64,000 bases of DNA from Protoeuglena noctilucae (lineage: Eukaryota): positions 1 through 64,000 of the forward strand of contig OY253679.1 in NCBI GenBank assembly GCA_958009085.1, in the 5' to 3' direction. The notes below the pieces were generated by a model. It had not been told where the DNA came from, did not search any database, and saw only the letters and a list, made by a program, of their open reading frames with translations. Both the position numbers and the translations under genes were made by a program. This document shows, piece by piece, positions 52,032 to 64,000 of this stretch. Every line of letters begins with the position of its first letter. Within the stretch, counting starts at the first letter, position 1.

Positions 52032-55000
52032 ATGGTGAAGGGATCCTCCTCCGTGCCGCTCGTCAACGGCCTCCCGATGAAGGTGCGGGCGCGCGGTGCG
52101 CGGCTGGACCCCTTGCGCGCACGGGGGTCCGCGGGGGGCGGCCCGCGGGCGGCGCGGACCCCGTGGCGCGCCCCCTGGCGGGCGTCCCCCCTTTGGCCTG
52201 CGGGGCCCGCGCGCGCGTCGCAGCTCCCCGCCGCGCCCTCCGCCCCCGCGACGCGCTTCTCGTTCACATTCTCTCGCACGTGATGCCACGCAGACCGGGG
52301 CCTGGGATGCGGACGAGGACGAGAAGCTCGCATCGTATCAAAAGCTGTACGGCAACAAGTGGTCCGTGGTGGCGCAGTTCATCCCCGGGAGGCAAGTTTT
52401 GGCTGTATAATGCATGTATCTTGCTAGTATCATCGGATGCGCGCGTGGAGAGGCGTTCGCGGGGTCGGGAGCGACGCCAGGGTTTGCTGCATATGGTGCC
52501 CGCAGGACCGGGCAGCAGTGCGCGCAGCGTTGGCGCCACAAGGTGAATCCGAACATCAAGAAGGACAAGTGGACGCCGGAGGAGGACGCCCTGCTGACGC
52601 AGCTGGTGGCGGAGCACGGCAACCGGTGGGCGGAGATTGCGAGGCACATGGACGGCCGCACCGACCAGCAGTGCATGGGGCGGTGGACGAGGCACCTGGA
52701 CCCCAACATATCCCGGTGAGGGACATTTGAGTCGGGAATGAGGAGTAAGTGGGTGGAGGGCCACACATGTTGTGCCGGCATGGGTGCACGGGCGCGCATG
52801 GGGGGCAATGGAACGGGGGCGCATTGAGGGTGCATGACGGGGCATGCGTTCAACACTGCGCCTCTCCTTTACCCACCCCAACCACTCCCCTTTCCACCCC
52901 CTCCCTCCCTTACCCACTAACTCACCCCCCTCCCTCACCCCACCCCCCCGCAGCGAGACCTGGCGCCCCGAGGAGGACGCCCTGCTCATCTCATTACACG
53001 ATCAGCACGGCACCCACTGGTCGCGCATCTCCAAGAGCCTCCAGGGACGCACCGCACAGCAGTGCCGGGCGCGGTTCTTCCAGATCCGGGGTCCCGGGGC
53101 GGCGGGGGAGGTGGACGGGGAGGGGAAAGGGAGAGGCGAGGGGGGCGGCGGGGGTGGGAGGGGGCGGGTTGGCAAGCGGCGCAGCCGGGCGGGGGACGAC
53201 GGGGAGCTCGAGTCGGACCCGGAGTTCGAGGTGAGGGGGGATTTGAAAATGGGAATGCGGAGTGGGAATTTGGATGTGGGATTTGAGTGGAGTGTGTGCG
53301 AGTCGGCTCCCCTCACAGCCACCTCGCTGTCACTCCCTTCCTCACCCCCACCCCCCCTACCCCTGTAGTACCTGGGCAGCTACCGTCCCCACCCATGCGC
53401 TGCCATCTCCCTCACACCATCACCCCCACTTCCCACCCCCACCGCAGCACCTGGGCAGCTACCGCCCCCGCTCCTCCCGCCGCGCCGTGGTGCCCCGCCG
53501 CAGCATCGGCGACGCCGCGCCCTCCCGCCCGGCCCCCGAGGCACTGCCCCCCGCGCCAGAGCCGGTGCCAGAGCCGGCGGTGCCAGAGGCTGCGGTGTCG
53601 GGGCCGGGGCGGGGGTCGGTCGGGGGCAGGAAGGGGCGAGAGGAGGGGGAGGGGGCGAGGGGGAGGGAGGGGCGTGGGGGCAAAGAGAAGGGGGAGGGGG
53701 GGAGGAGGGGGCTGGTGGCAGAGGTGGCGGGTGCGCCGTTGCAGGTGCGTGCGGGTGGGGGTTAAGGGTGTTTGTGGGATATGCGGAAATGGGGTTGTAA
53801 GTGGGTTGTGTGCGTGTGAGGGGCTGGGGGTGTAGATGTTTGGATGGGTTACAACGTGGATGTGTGGACTGGGCCGCGAGTGCGTGCGTGCAGCCGCCCA
53901 CCCTTTCCCGCCCCCCCCGCCCGCAGCCCCTCCACCCCAACCACCCCATCCCCACGCCCGGCCTCCCCGTCAAGCCGCAGCCCCACCGCCCCAGCCGCAC
54001 CACCGCCCCGCCCCACCCCCACCCCCACCGCGCACCCCCCGCCGGCACCCACACGGCCGGCGGGGGTTCAAACCCCGGCGGTGGCCCGAACGGCACCAGC
54101 AATTCGAACATGAACTCGAGTTTGAATGGTCCGCACCCCGGCGGCGCGATGCGGGGCGGTTGGGCGCCCCGTCCCCTCGTGAGGTCGGCGTCGGGGGTCT
54201 CTGCGGGGGAGGGCGCGGGTCTGATCGAGGCGCTGCTGACGTCGCCGGCCAAGGCGGCCGCGCTGCCGCTGGTGAGTGATGGATGGGGGTGTGTCGATGA
54301 TAGATGATGGCTTGGTCTGCTGATTGAGGCCGTGATGGGGGGCGATGGTCGGGGTGGCTGCGCTGCCGCGGGCAAATGGCGTGCATCTTAATATAACTCC
54401 ACTCTGTGATTGCGTGTTTGCAGTTCGCCCCGTCCACCAGCACGGCCGACAACACCCCCACCAAGCTCCTCTCGACCCACAGCCTGTCGCCCTTCCCGGG
54501 AAGGGACAACGCAGGCGAGCAATTAGCATGGGGGGAGATGCGAACCGGCACGCGATGTTCTAGCGTGGTTTGTATAATTGAGAAGCACTCCAGCGTCCAT
54601 GCCTGCTTGAGAGTCCATCCCGCACTCACCCACACCCTGTATCCCCACTCACTCACCCACCACCTTCACCCCCACCCCCACCCACTCAACCCGCCCCCTC
54701 TCTCTCCCGCTCGCAGCCGCCCCCACGGCCCCAGGCGCCCTCCCTCCCCTCCTATTCGGCCTCACCCCCGCCCGCCGCCACCCCAACGCGCGCCACCCCC
54801 CCTCGGCCGCCCCGACCTGGCGGGGCCTTCTCTCCCCCGGAGCAAACGCCTCCGCGTTCGCATCGCCGGCGACGGCAGACCGGCGACTGGCCGTTGACCT
54901 GGCATGCCCCTCGTCCGCCCCCGACTTGCGACCCCCGATGCTGCCGAATGCCACGCCCATCTGCGGGGCGCTGGGGGACGCGCCGGCGCTGGGAGAGGCC

Positions 55001-55843
55001 ACGCCGGACCTCTTCTACCCCCGATCCGAGCCCAGGCGGCTCCGGGACTGGGGTGGGGCGGCGGCAGCCACCACGCCCAATGCGGGTGGCGGTGTGGGGG
55101 GTAACACGGGGGTGCATGCGGCGGGGGTGGGGGTGGGTACGGTGGCTGAGGGGCCAGGGGTGGCATCGTCGCCGGTGCTGGGATCGGGGAGGAGCGCTGG
55201 GACGGAGGATACGGTGGCGGTGGGGCGGGCGCGGGGGGCGGGGCGTGAGAGGGGCAGCGTGGGGACCGGGGTGACGCCGGGGGTGGGGAAGAGGAGGTGA
55301 GAGTTGGCGGAAGGGAGGTATTTGGGCGTGGGGTGTGTTGTTGGGTGGTTTCAGGGGAGTGGTTGTTCTAATGGGTGTGATGGTGGAGGTGTGTCTTGTG
55401 CACCGCCTTTCTGTCTCTCTCTCCACCCTTCTCTTGCCTCATCTTTTCACGTATCTAATCTGTCCCTCCCCTCCCCCTGCAGGAGCGCGGCTGCCCCCAA
55501 GGCCCCGCACCCGGAGCCCTTCAGCCCCTTCGCCACCGCGGGGTCGGGCAGGGCCACGCAGCCCCACGAGGCGAGTGGCATCATTCATCATTCATAATGA
55601 TTGTCAACGTTGATAACACCATAGATATGTCATAGTGATTGCGACGCGATGTCGTGGTGGCTATCACTGCCGCTCATGCGTATTACTGTACCACACCGCC
55701 CCGCTACCCTCCGCCACTCTCACTCCCCACTCCACCGCCACCTGCAGGCCAGCCCCTTCGCCGACCAGCTCCCCACCATGCCCCGCTCGGCCGCCCCCGC
55801 CACCCCCAAAGCGCGACTCATCAACGCACTGGAGCGGTGCTGA
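52032..55843 (+). CDS. Three-repeat MYB transcription factor
   Basis: Repeats WDADEDEKL..NKWSVVAQFIPGRTGQQCAQRW, WTPEEDALL..NRWAEIA..GRTDQQCMGRW and WRPEEDALL..HWSRIS..GRTAQQCRARF, followed by low-complexity exons ending ..ALERC*. Confidence 0.9.
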
Positions 55844-56321
55844 TAGCTGCGTCAGGGTGCTGATGAGGGTTTGGCACGTCACTGCGCAATCCACGGGTCG
55901 CGGAGTGGATAGCTCTGCTAGTCTGCTGGGGCGCGCACGATGGTGACGGCGAGGGCGGTTCTCGTCACGCACCCCGTGACCCACGCCCTCGACTCCAACC
56001 GACGTTTCCCCTTTCTATTTTTCCACCGTGTTTCCACCCAGCCCCCCCGGCGCGTCACGCGGCGGCGATAGAAGAGGGCGGCGTAGCTTAGGGGCTAGCG
56101 ATGTAGCCGATAGTCTTCTCGGTCGCTAGACGGCGCGCGATTGGCGCTTTGAATCAATGGTTATTTTACGAGTCAAGTCAATGGTCAGTTACACATCGAT
56201 GATGTTTCTTGCCAGCTAAGAACTATTACGATCTACTTATAACCTAGTTATGATCTAGTTATATGATTTACAAGAGAAATATCACGACGATATCCGACCG
56301 ACACCCATCACACTATCGCCA

Positions 56322-56513
56322 TCACACGCCCCCACGCCCCGCGTCTTCGCCGTCGTACAAGTCGGCGGGCAGCTGTCGCTGCTGCAGTGGAGGCAGCTGT
56401 CGCATTTGTTGTTCTTGTTGCGATTGTTGATGTTGCTGTGATGATGCTTTGGGCCCTTTGGCCCACGCTGACCACGGCCATGCGTGGTGGGGGCGGAAGT
56501 AAGCAAAGACGCC
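56322..56513 (-). CDS. Probable terminal coding exon (Gln-rich) of the gene crossing the gap, possibly the RCC1-repeat gene
   Basis: Acceptor CCCACAG followed by the open frame GVFAYFRPHH..QQHQQSQQEQQ..GRGGV*. Confidence 0.45.
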   Translation of the reverse strand, partial: GVFAYFRPHHAWPWSAWAKGPKASSQQHQQSQQEQQMRQLPPLQQRQLPADLYDGEDAGRGGV

Positions 56514-56559
56514 CTGTGGGTGAGGGATGGCGTGGAGAGTGAGCAAGAGTGAGTTATGG

Positions 56560-56759
56560 NNNNNNNNNNNNNNNNNNNNNNNNNNNNNNNNNNNNNNNNN
56601 NNNNNNNNNNNNNNNNNNNNNNNNNNNNNNNNNNNNNNNNNNNNNNNNNNNNNNNNNNNNNNNNNNNNNNNNNNNNNNNNNNNNNNNNNNNNNNNNNNNN
56701 NNNNNNNNNNNNNNNNNNNNNNNNNNNNNNNNNNNNNNNNNNNNNNNNNNNNNNNNNNN
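56560..56759. other. Assembly gap (200 N)
   Basis: Run of N. Confidence 1.
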
Positions 56760-56827
56760 TGCCCACACACCTGCCCCACATATCATGACACCCTCATCAT
56801 AGCACTCATAACTAACAACCCCACTCA

Positions 56828-57703
56828 CGTGTTGTCCTTCCCGCAAGACACGGACTGCACCGCCCCCCCAACGTCGATGGGGGGAAGCAACGACCCCATC
56901 TCCCCCTCGTTGTCGCCACGGTCCACCTGGTCACCCTGCAAAATATTGTGGGGAGCAAGGAATTTACGATATCTACACACATACACACAGAAGCGAACCC
57001 ACCTGCCCCACCCCCACTCCCCCCTCCCCCCCGTCATCCCGTAACATACAAATCCAAAGCCCACCTGCCCCAGTCCCCCGAACAGGTTCGCTCCCCAGCA
57101 CTTGAGCACGCCCCCTTTGAGAATGGCGCATGTGTGACGGAAACCAGCGCAGACGTCCACCGCCCAATTGTCGAGGATCACGCGGGGCAACGCGCTGCCC
57201 ATCTGCCCCGCCTGGCTGCCGCGCTCGTAGCGGTCGCCCAAGCCCAGCTGCGGGTGGGGAACGTGGGGGGAAGCGATCGCGGGAGATGCAAACACAACCT
57301 GCGGTTGCGATGCCATCCCCGGCTTGATTAACACGCGCGGTCCTCGCCTGACCGTATCGGTTGTTGCCCCAGCATTTGATCGTGCCCGTCGAGAAGACCA
57401 CGCAGTTGTGGCCGGCTCCTGCGGGCCGGGAGAGGCCGCGTCGCTCAACTTGCAGCTCCGCGCATCCGAGCAACGAAGCGGGGCTGCCGACGTGCTCATA
57501 CGTTGTGCATAGGCTGATATGCGACGCTGATGCAGCGATGCAGCAAAATGATCGTATAACGCCCGGGGAGGGCGCAGTTGTGCGTGCAGCAAAGCCGCAC
57601 CTGCCGCGAGCGCGGTGATGGTCGCCATGCCCCCGCGCGCCGCTCCACATGTCAGCCAGAGACAGAGGAGACCGACGGCCACGACGGTCGACGCCCGAGC
57701 CAT
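56828..57703 (-). CDS. RCC1-repeat protein with N-terminal signal-peptide-like segment (5' part; interrupted by the gap)
   Basis: MARASTVVAVGLLCLWLTCGAARG, GHNCVVFSTGTIKCWGNNRYGQ|LGLG, VCAGFRHTCAILKGGVLKCWGANLFGGLGQ and VQSVSCGKDNT. Confidence 0.85.
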
Positions 57704-58388
57704 CGCTGGCGCCGTCTGCGGTGCCACACTTTCTGCTGCCAAGCCCTCGCCACCTCGAATCCCGTGAACAGCGGGCGCGGCCACGCAGGCCGTGAGCGAC
57801 CCGGGCTGAACCAGTCGACGCAGCGAGCGCGAGGCGGATCGCACGCGTGCACAGCGAGGAACGCGTGCAACACCGCGTTTGGATTGATTCCAGTGAGCGC
57901 AGGGTGGTACCGATCGGTGGGACCAAGCGAGCAGGTGCTGTCTCGCAAGCAGACGCTGCACTGGTGCGAGCACGCCGCGACGCCTGCTGTTTTGTTGCCA
58001 GGGAGGCAAATCACAGCGCTCTGGCACACTTTCCCGGATCGGGGAGCGCGGAGAGCCAGCACGGCACGCTGCGATTGGCACTTGCTGGTACCAAGAGTGC
58101 CACGCGCTGGCCGGACGGCTCCAACATCGCGCGCGTCCTTTGCGTTTATCAGGCCAAACCCATGCTGCGCCGGATCTCACGCCAACACGTCGCGAGCGCC
58201 GCTTCAAGCAATGTAGTGAAACTAGTTGTTTAGCACTAGCGCGGCGGGATCGTCAAAGCTGGGCATCCCAGCCCGACCCACGCCTTGCTCTACAGCGTCC
58301 CGCTCGCTCGCTGCCTCCGCGCGCGCTCCCTCGCTCTCTCGCGCTCCCCGTCTCGGCGATGATATGTTGACCGTGATCGTCGCAAGTT

Positions 58389-61300
58389 TCAGTGCAGCTT
58401 GCGCAGCTCCCATCCCCCGGCTCCGTCCGTCAGCCGCAGCTCCGTCTCGTGGAAACGCACCAGGGCTGCGGGGCATGGCGTGACATGGGAGAGCGGCATT
58501 GAGGGAAACTGTGTAGTCGTAAAAATCTTAATACATGGAGCTATAGTGCACTACGTGTGGGACACTAACCGCACCATACCCACATGCACCACACCCCACC
58601 CCCATCTGTGCTCACCCGTCCGCTGCGTGATGGTGACGAGCGTGATGCCCCGATCGGTGGCCAGCTGGTACAGGTGCTCCTCGACATCCACGGAAGTCGC
58701 GTTGGTGCACTCGTCCAATATCGCGAACCGCGGCTTGTGGAAGAACAGCCTCGCCATGCCCAGGCGCTGCTGCTCCCCCAGCGACAGCGTCTCGCCCCAC
58801 TCCACCTCCTCGTCCCAGCTGTACCGCTCCGCCAAATGCCGCAGCCGCACGTCGCCCATCAGCTCCCCCAGCCTCGCGTCCAGTGCGGCGCGTGCCGTGC
58901 GCCTGTCCTGGTTGGGCGCGACCCAGTCCGCGGCCTCGTCGGCGGTCAGCGGATAGACCAGCTGCTCACGCAGGGTGCCTGGGGTGGTGTAGGGCTTCTG
59001 GGGGACGAAGAAGAGCTCGCGGTGCAGGCCGCGGTGGGTCTGGGGCGTTGGAGAGGAGAGAGAGGGGTCATTTGCAATTCTAACTGTCTGAGATGGTGCT
59101 CAAATTAATGGATGCATTAATCAATGACTCGTAAGTCAATCATCAACACCAGTCACCTCTGGCTTGACCAGGTGCCCCGACACGAGCGGCCACAGCCCCG
59201 CCAGCACCCGCACGATGCCCGTCTTGCCCGACCCATTGGGGCCCGTGATCAGCGCCCCCTCGCCCTGCCGCACCGCGAGCGTCAGCTTGCGCGCCAGGAC
59301 ATTGCCGGTCGGGGTAACCACGGTCACGTCGCTGAGGCCGACGGAGGGGCCGGCGGTGGCGGTGGGGGCGGAGATGGTGAGGGCGGTGGCGGAGCGCTGG
59401 GGGCGGGGGAGAGGAAGTGGGTTGGTGGGTTACTGTGGTATTGTATAGTTTACAGATATCTAACGGTATTTATCACGAGAGTGTCACGCTCGCCCACAGC
59501 CACCCGCAGCGCAGCACCCGAGTCATGCTAGATCAGCGAAAATAATCATCAAACACTCAACAATAACAGTAACAATAATGACAATAATAACATAACAGCG
59601 ATCCTCGCCTTCATGGCCGTGGACGCCCTCGCGGCCGACCGGAGCGCGTCCCTCAGCTGCGCCACCCGCGCCACCCCCCCCGACATCTCCACGAGTCGCT
59701 TGTGCAGCGAGAGCACTTCCCCGAAGGCGATGAACGTGTTGGTGACGATGCTGGCCAGATAGCGCATGTTGTGCACCATCTCCGCCTGCACGCGGCTGCT
59801 GCCCCGGTCGCCCTCGTACGCGAGCGCGTAGAGCTGGGGGGGGTGTGGTTGGGGTGAGGGAGGTTAGTTATTGTTATTATATGTGATTACACTTAATGTA
59901 ATCATGTTACGCATTGTTGGCATCGAACGCCAACGAGTAGAGTTAGGGGGAGAGTGGTGAAGAACTCGTCGGCCACACCCACAGTCATTGACTACTACTT
60001 ACTATCAAACACTATCAACAATCTTATAATCACTCACCAGGGTGAGCAGCCAGGTGACGTTGTGGGGCAGCTGCCGGGTGAAGAACTCGTCGGCCACCCC
60101 GTGCGCCCACCGGGTCGTGGCGGTTTGGCTCAAGTGGCGCATGTACCGCGAGAAGTGGTCCTCGATCGCGGAACCCTCGCGGGGGCCACCACCAAAGAAG
60201 GCCACGCTCTCGGCGTTGGTCCTGGGGTGGGAAGGGAAGAGGGGGGTTGTGGAATTAGTTGCTATGATAGCGACTTACCAGCCATTTGAAATTGTTGAGA
60301 GTTCGGTTATCAATAGTCGTATCCGCCCTCCCACTCACCTGAGCCGCGCGTGCATGTTGCGGAACACCCCCTCCAGCGCCGCCTCTTTTGCTGCCATGAG
60401 ACCGAAATCAGGCGTCACGGCTTTGAGTGCGCCCAGGCCCAGCAGCATGTAGAGGTACGCGAGCGAGAGGCCGCGGGTGCCTGCGATGGGGGGGGGGGGA
60501 TAAGGGGATTGGTATTGTTTTTATATATAGTGTTTGTCATGTAGAGGTACGCCGGGAGAGGCCGCGGTAGACGACAACCACGCGACGTCAAACTACCAAC
60601 TACGCATCTGTCTACTGTTCTTATGACATAATATAACATCTAATAATCCACCGACTCACCGGTGAGCATCCACATGCGGGAGGAGAACCACACGATGTCC
60701 ACCACGGGCTTGACCATGGTGGGTATCAAAGAAGCCGCGTCGTTGCAGAGCCTCTCCACATCCCTCACAATGCGCTGGTCGGCGTCGCGCATGCCGGCGA
60801 TGTTGGACGCGAGGTACAGGTTGTTGCCGGAGAAGTACTGGGGGAAGTTAAGAAAGAGATGGTTGGTTGAAAGGGCTGTTCTACTTATTCTCATTATTAG
60901 TTAGTATTATTATTGACACTGTTACAATCCATTATAACTATCAATGCTGTTATTATATACATCTGTAAATTTATAATAGTCCCTCACCCCCTGCGCGAGA
61001 TCCGAGGTGATCCTCCTCCTCCACGACAGCGCGAGGGAGTCGCGGAGATTATCACCTGCCTTTGTTATAATTGCATTTGTAATTCCATAATCATCATATA
61101 TAATGATATATAACCCCTCACCCTCTGCGCCAGATCGGCCGTGATGCGCCTCCTCCACGACAGCGCGAGCGAATCACTGAGGTACTTGAGGCTCTGGGCC
61201 ATGATCGCAGAGAGCATCGACTGAAACACCGACACGCCCATGAGTCGCCGGAACCGGGGCAGGTCCTGCCGCAGCACGTAGTGCACCGTCATGCCGTTCA

Positions 61301-63850
61301 AATTGGCAATGCGGTCCTGCAATGCCGTGCGCAGCACCACCACCACGCCGATCAGGGCCTGGGTGGGGAAGAGGTTGGGGAGATGGTATTATGATCTCGT
61401 AGAGTGATAACTATGATGATCGTAATAGTAATGAATGACAGTGTGGCACCTTTACGTCATCCAACCACCACCCTATCCCACCCCCCACCAGCTCCACCAC
61501 CCCACCGACCACCAGTCAATCATCCCACCCCCACTCACGAGCCTCCGCCACTCCCCCGCCCCCCCACCCCCCACCAGCTCCAAGAAACGCCCCACCGCGC
61601 CCCACGTCGTCAGCCCCGCCCCCACCACCCCCATGCCCGCCTCCCGCGCTCTCTTCGCAAGCTCCGCGTCTTTTTCACTCCCCTCCTTATCCGCAGGAGC
61701 CCTCGCGATCACCTCACCCCCCACCACCCCACCCGCACCCGCACCCGCACCCGCGCCCTCCCCGCTCCCCTTCCCACCCCTCGCCATCCCCTGCAGCACC
61801 TCCAGAGCGTGTTTGGCTCTCTCATTATCCCCGCCCTTCCCACCCCCGCTCTCACCCTTACTCACACCCTCCCCACCCGCACCACCACCGCCCCCCACCA
61901 CCCCACCCGACCTCGCGTCGTGCAACGACCACCCCCCCTCCCCATCCAGATGCAGCACGATATCGTGGAAAGCCATCAGCGCCGGGCGGTGCGAGATCGT
62001 GACGCACGTGCACCCCATCTCCTTGACGGTCTTTGCGAACCGCTCCTCCATGTCGTTAGTCACCCCGGACGTGCACTCGTCCAATATCGCGAACCGCGGC
62101 TTGTGGAAGAACAGCCTCGCCATGCCCAAACGCTGCTGCTCCCCCAGAGACAGCGCCTCGCCCCAATCTACCACGTCCCTCCGCCAATCGCCCCGGTCAA
62201 GCAAAGGTGACAGATCCACTTGGGCGAGCAACGCGCGCACGTCGCTCTCGTCCACCCTGGCGTCCCCGGCTCTCGCGGGGTAAACCAATTGCTCCTCCAA
62301 TGTCCCGATCGATACATAGGGGCGCTGGGGGACATAAAAGATATCGGCGGCAAGCCCGCCGTCCCCACCGGCCCCCGGCTTGCGCACCACTCCCTGCGTC
62401 AGGGGCCACAGTCCGCCCAATACGCGGAAAAGCGACGACTTGCCGGCTCCGTTGGGCCCCGTGACGAGGAGGTGGGTGCCCCTTGGGACGCTCAAGGTGA
62501 GGTCGCGGACGAGGGGGTTGCCGGAGGGGGTGAGGACCATGGCACGGTCGAAGGAGATCTCGTCCTGAGGGTAAGAAGCGAAGGAATGCGCTCATATATA
62601 TAATTGGCGTCGTTTTGGTATCACTAGGTGCGATCTATGTGAGCACCATGGCGCGGTCGAAGGAGATCTCGTCCTGAATGACCAAGGGAGAGTGAGTAGC
62701 TGTAGTGTGGCTGAAATATGATATAAACTATAACTGCAACACGGTTGGTAATCATGCAACCACTCGCCTGCGACGACTCCACCACGCCCGTCGGCGCCTG
62801 CATCAGCGCTGTACATCAATGCCATCTACACGAACACCTTAACAATACTAAACCAATACATAAACAATACATACCATCACTATAACCCACCCACCCCCTC
62901 GCCTGTGATGACTCCACGACGCCCGTCGGCGCCTGCATGAGCGCCCGCATCCGCTCGGCCTCCGTCGCCCCCGATTCTGGCGTTTCAGGGGTCCCCGACC
63001 CCGGCAGGGAGACGTGGGACTGGCCGGCCGAGCCTAACTCGCGGATCACGCGCTCCATCTCGTGCACCCTGCAGGGAAGGGGGGTGGATGGAAATGATGC
63101 AATGTTATCTTTGTGATGCAAGCAGTTTGTCTTATTTTAAGTATTATAATAATAAACATGATTGGCAGATAGAATAGCAACAATAGATGGAATAGCGGAA
63201 CGCGCATGTAGTGGCACCTCACTACCATAACAATAAAAATAACAGGAAATGATTATTACGATACTACTACCAATGCACGAACATCCCTCGCCTGTCCGCG
63301 TGCGCGCTGAGCTTCATGAGCTTCCGTGGCGACGCCGCGAGCGTGCCCATGGACTGGAAGAGCGTGATGATGACGCCCGTGTGGTATCGCATGTTGGAAA
63401 GCATCTCGGCACGGCCACGGGCGGTGGCTTCGGGTCTGGAGAGGAGGGGGGGGGGTTGAAATGAAAGGGCTGGGTTAGATGGGATGGGGTTATTGGTCAG
63501 TGAGACGTACTGGTTCTCACCCTGCCTCCTCGCCTAAAGTGCCCGTAACAGGCAACATTGATAATAACGATAGTGACAACTAAACAATAACAGACTCGCC
63601 TGAGGTGCCCGGAGAAGAAGGGCCCGATGACGAGGATGACGGCCGCGGTGGCCCCCAGGTATTTCAAAAAAAAGTCCTGCACCATCCCGAACCGCCACTG
63701 CGTCCGCTGCACAGCGGCCACCTGGGAGGTCGCGGCATCGAATCCCCGCGACACCGTGCGGCTCTCTTTTCCCATGCCGCCGTACAGGGCCACCGACTCG
63801 GCGTTGGCGCGCAGGCGCGAGTGCAATGCGCGGTACGTGCCCTCCAGGGA
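58389..63850 (-). CDS. Full-size peroxisomal ABC transporter, subfamily D (PXA1/COMATOSE-like); 5' end lies beyond the window
   Basis: [23 protein letters not shown] (EAA motif), NBD1 [37 protein letters not shown], a second TMD ([19 protein letters not shown]) and NBD2 [17 protein letters not shown]. Stop at 58389. Confidence 0.95.
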
Positions 63851-64000
63851 CTGAGGGGGAGAGATGTACAACGACTGAGTTGGGTGAGTGATGTTGCCTG
63901 AGTTGTCATGAGTATCAGGTATAGTATAACTATATGGTTGTTGCAAACAGCCCCACCCCCTCTATCAACCCACTCGCTCTCACCCATGCTTCTACCAACA

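Noticed and set aside
58616..62540. Near-identical nucleotide blocks at ~58700-58790 and ~62070-62165
   Set aside because: Explained by the two NBDs of a full-size ABCD transporter.
943..63850. Introns as an Introner-type repeat family
   Set aside because: Introns share composition but no alignable sequence with each other within this window.

Overview
Left end of a chromosome from a GC-rich, intron-dense eukaryote. The gene content (cycloartenol synthase, nuclear murG, axonemal dynein, full-size ABCD transporter) points to a flagellated green alga; that assignment is inference. A (CCCTAA)n telomere is followed within 1 kb by spliced genes: a divergent nuclear F1-ATPase alpha-like gene, an NHX5/6-type Na+/H+ exchanger, CAS1, a KDM3-like JmjC/zinc-finger gene, a large WD40 gene, murG, TIM17, a short RPP14/POP8-like gene, a DNAH6-like dynein heavy chain, a 3-repeat MYB, a secreted RCC1-repeat gene broken by a 200-N gap, and the 3' part of a peroxisomal ABCD transporter. 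The most unusual signal is in the introns. About 20 of them carry 20-65 bp 'echo' copies of the adjacent exon edge, often with its splice site, about 55-170 bp from the real one. These echoes differ from the real exon mostly at synonymous positions, while the surrounding intron sequence is largely unalignable. About 19 introns use GC-AG, and internal introns are polarised (G-rich 5' end, AT-rich core, C-rich 3' end). Gene boundaries were spliced by eye, and several start codons are uncertain.
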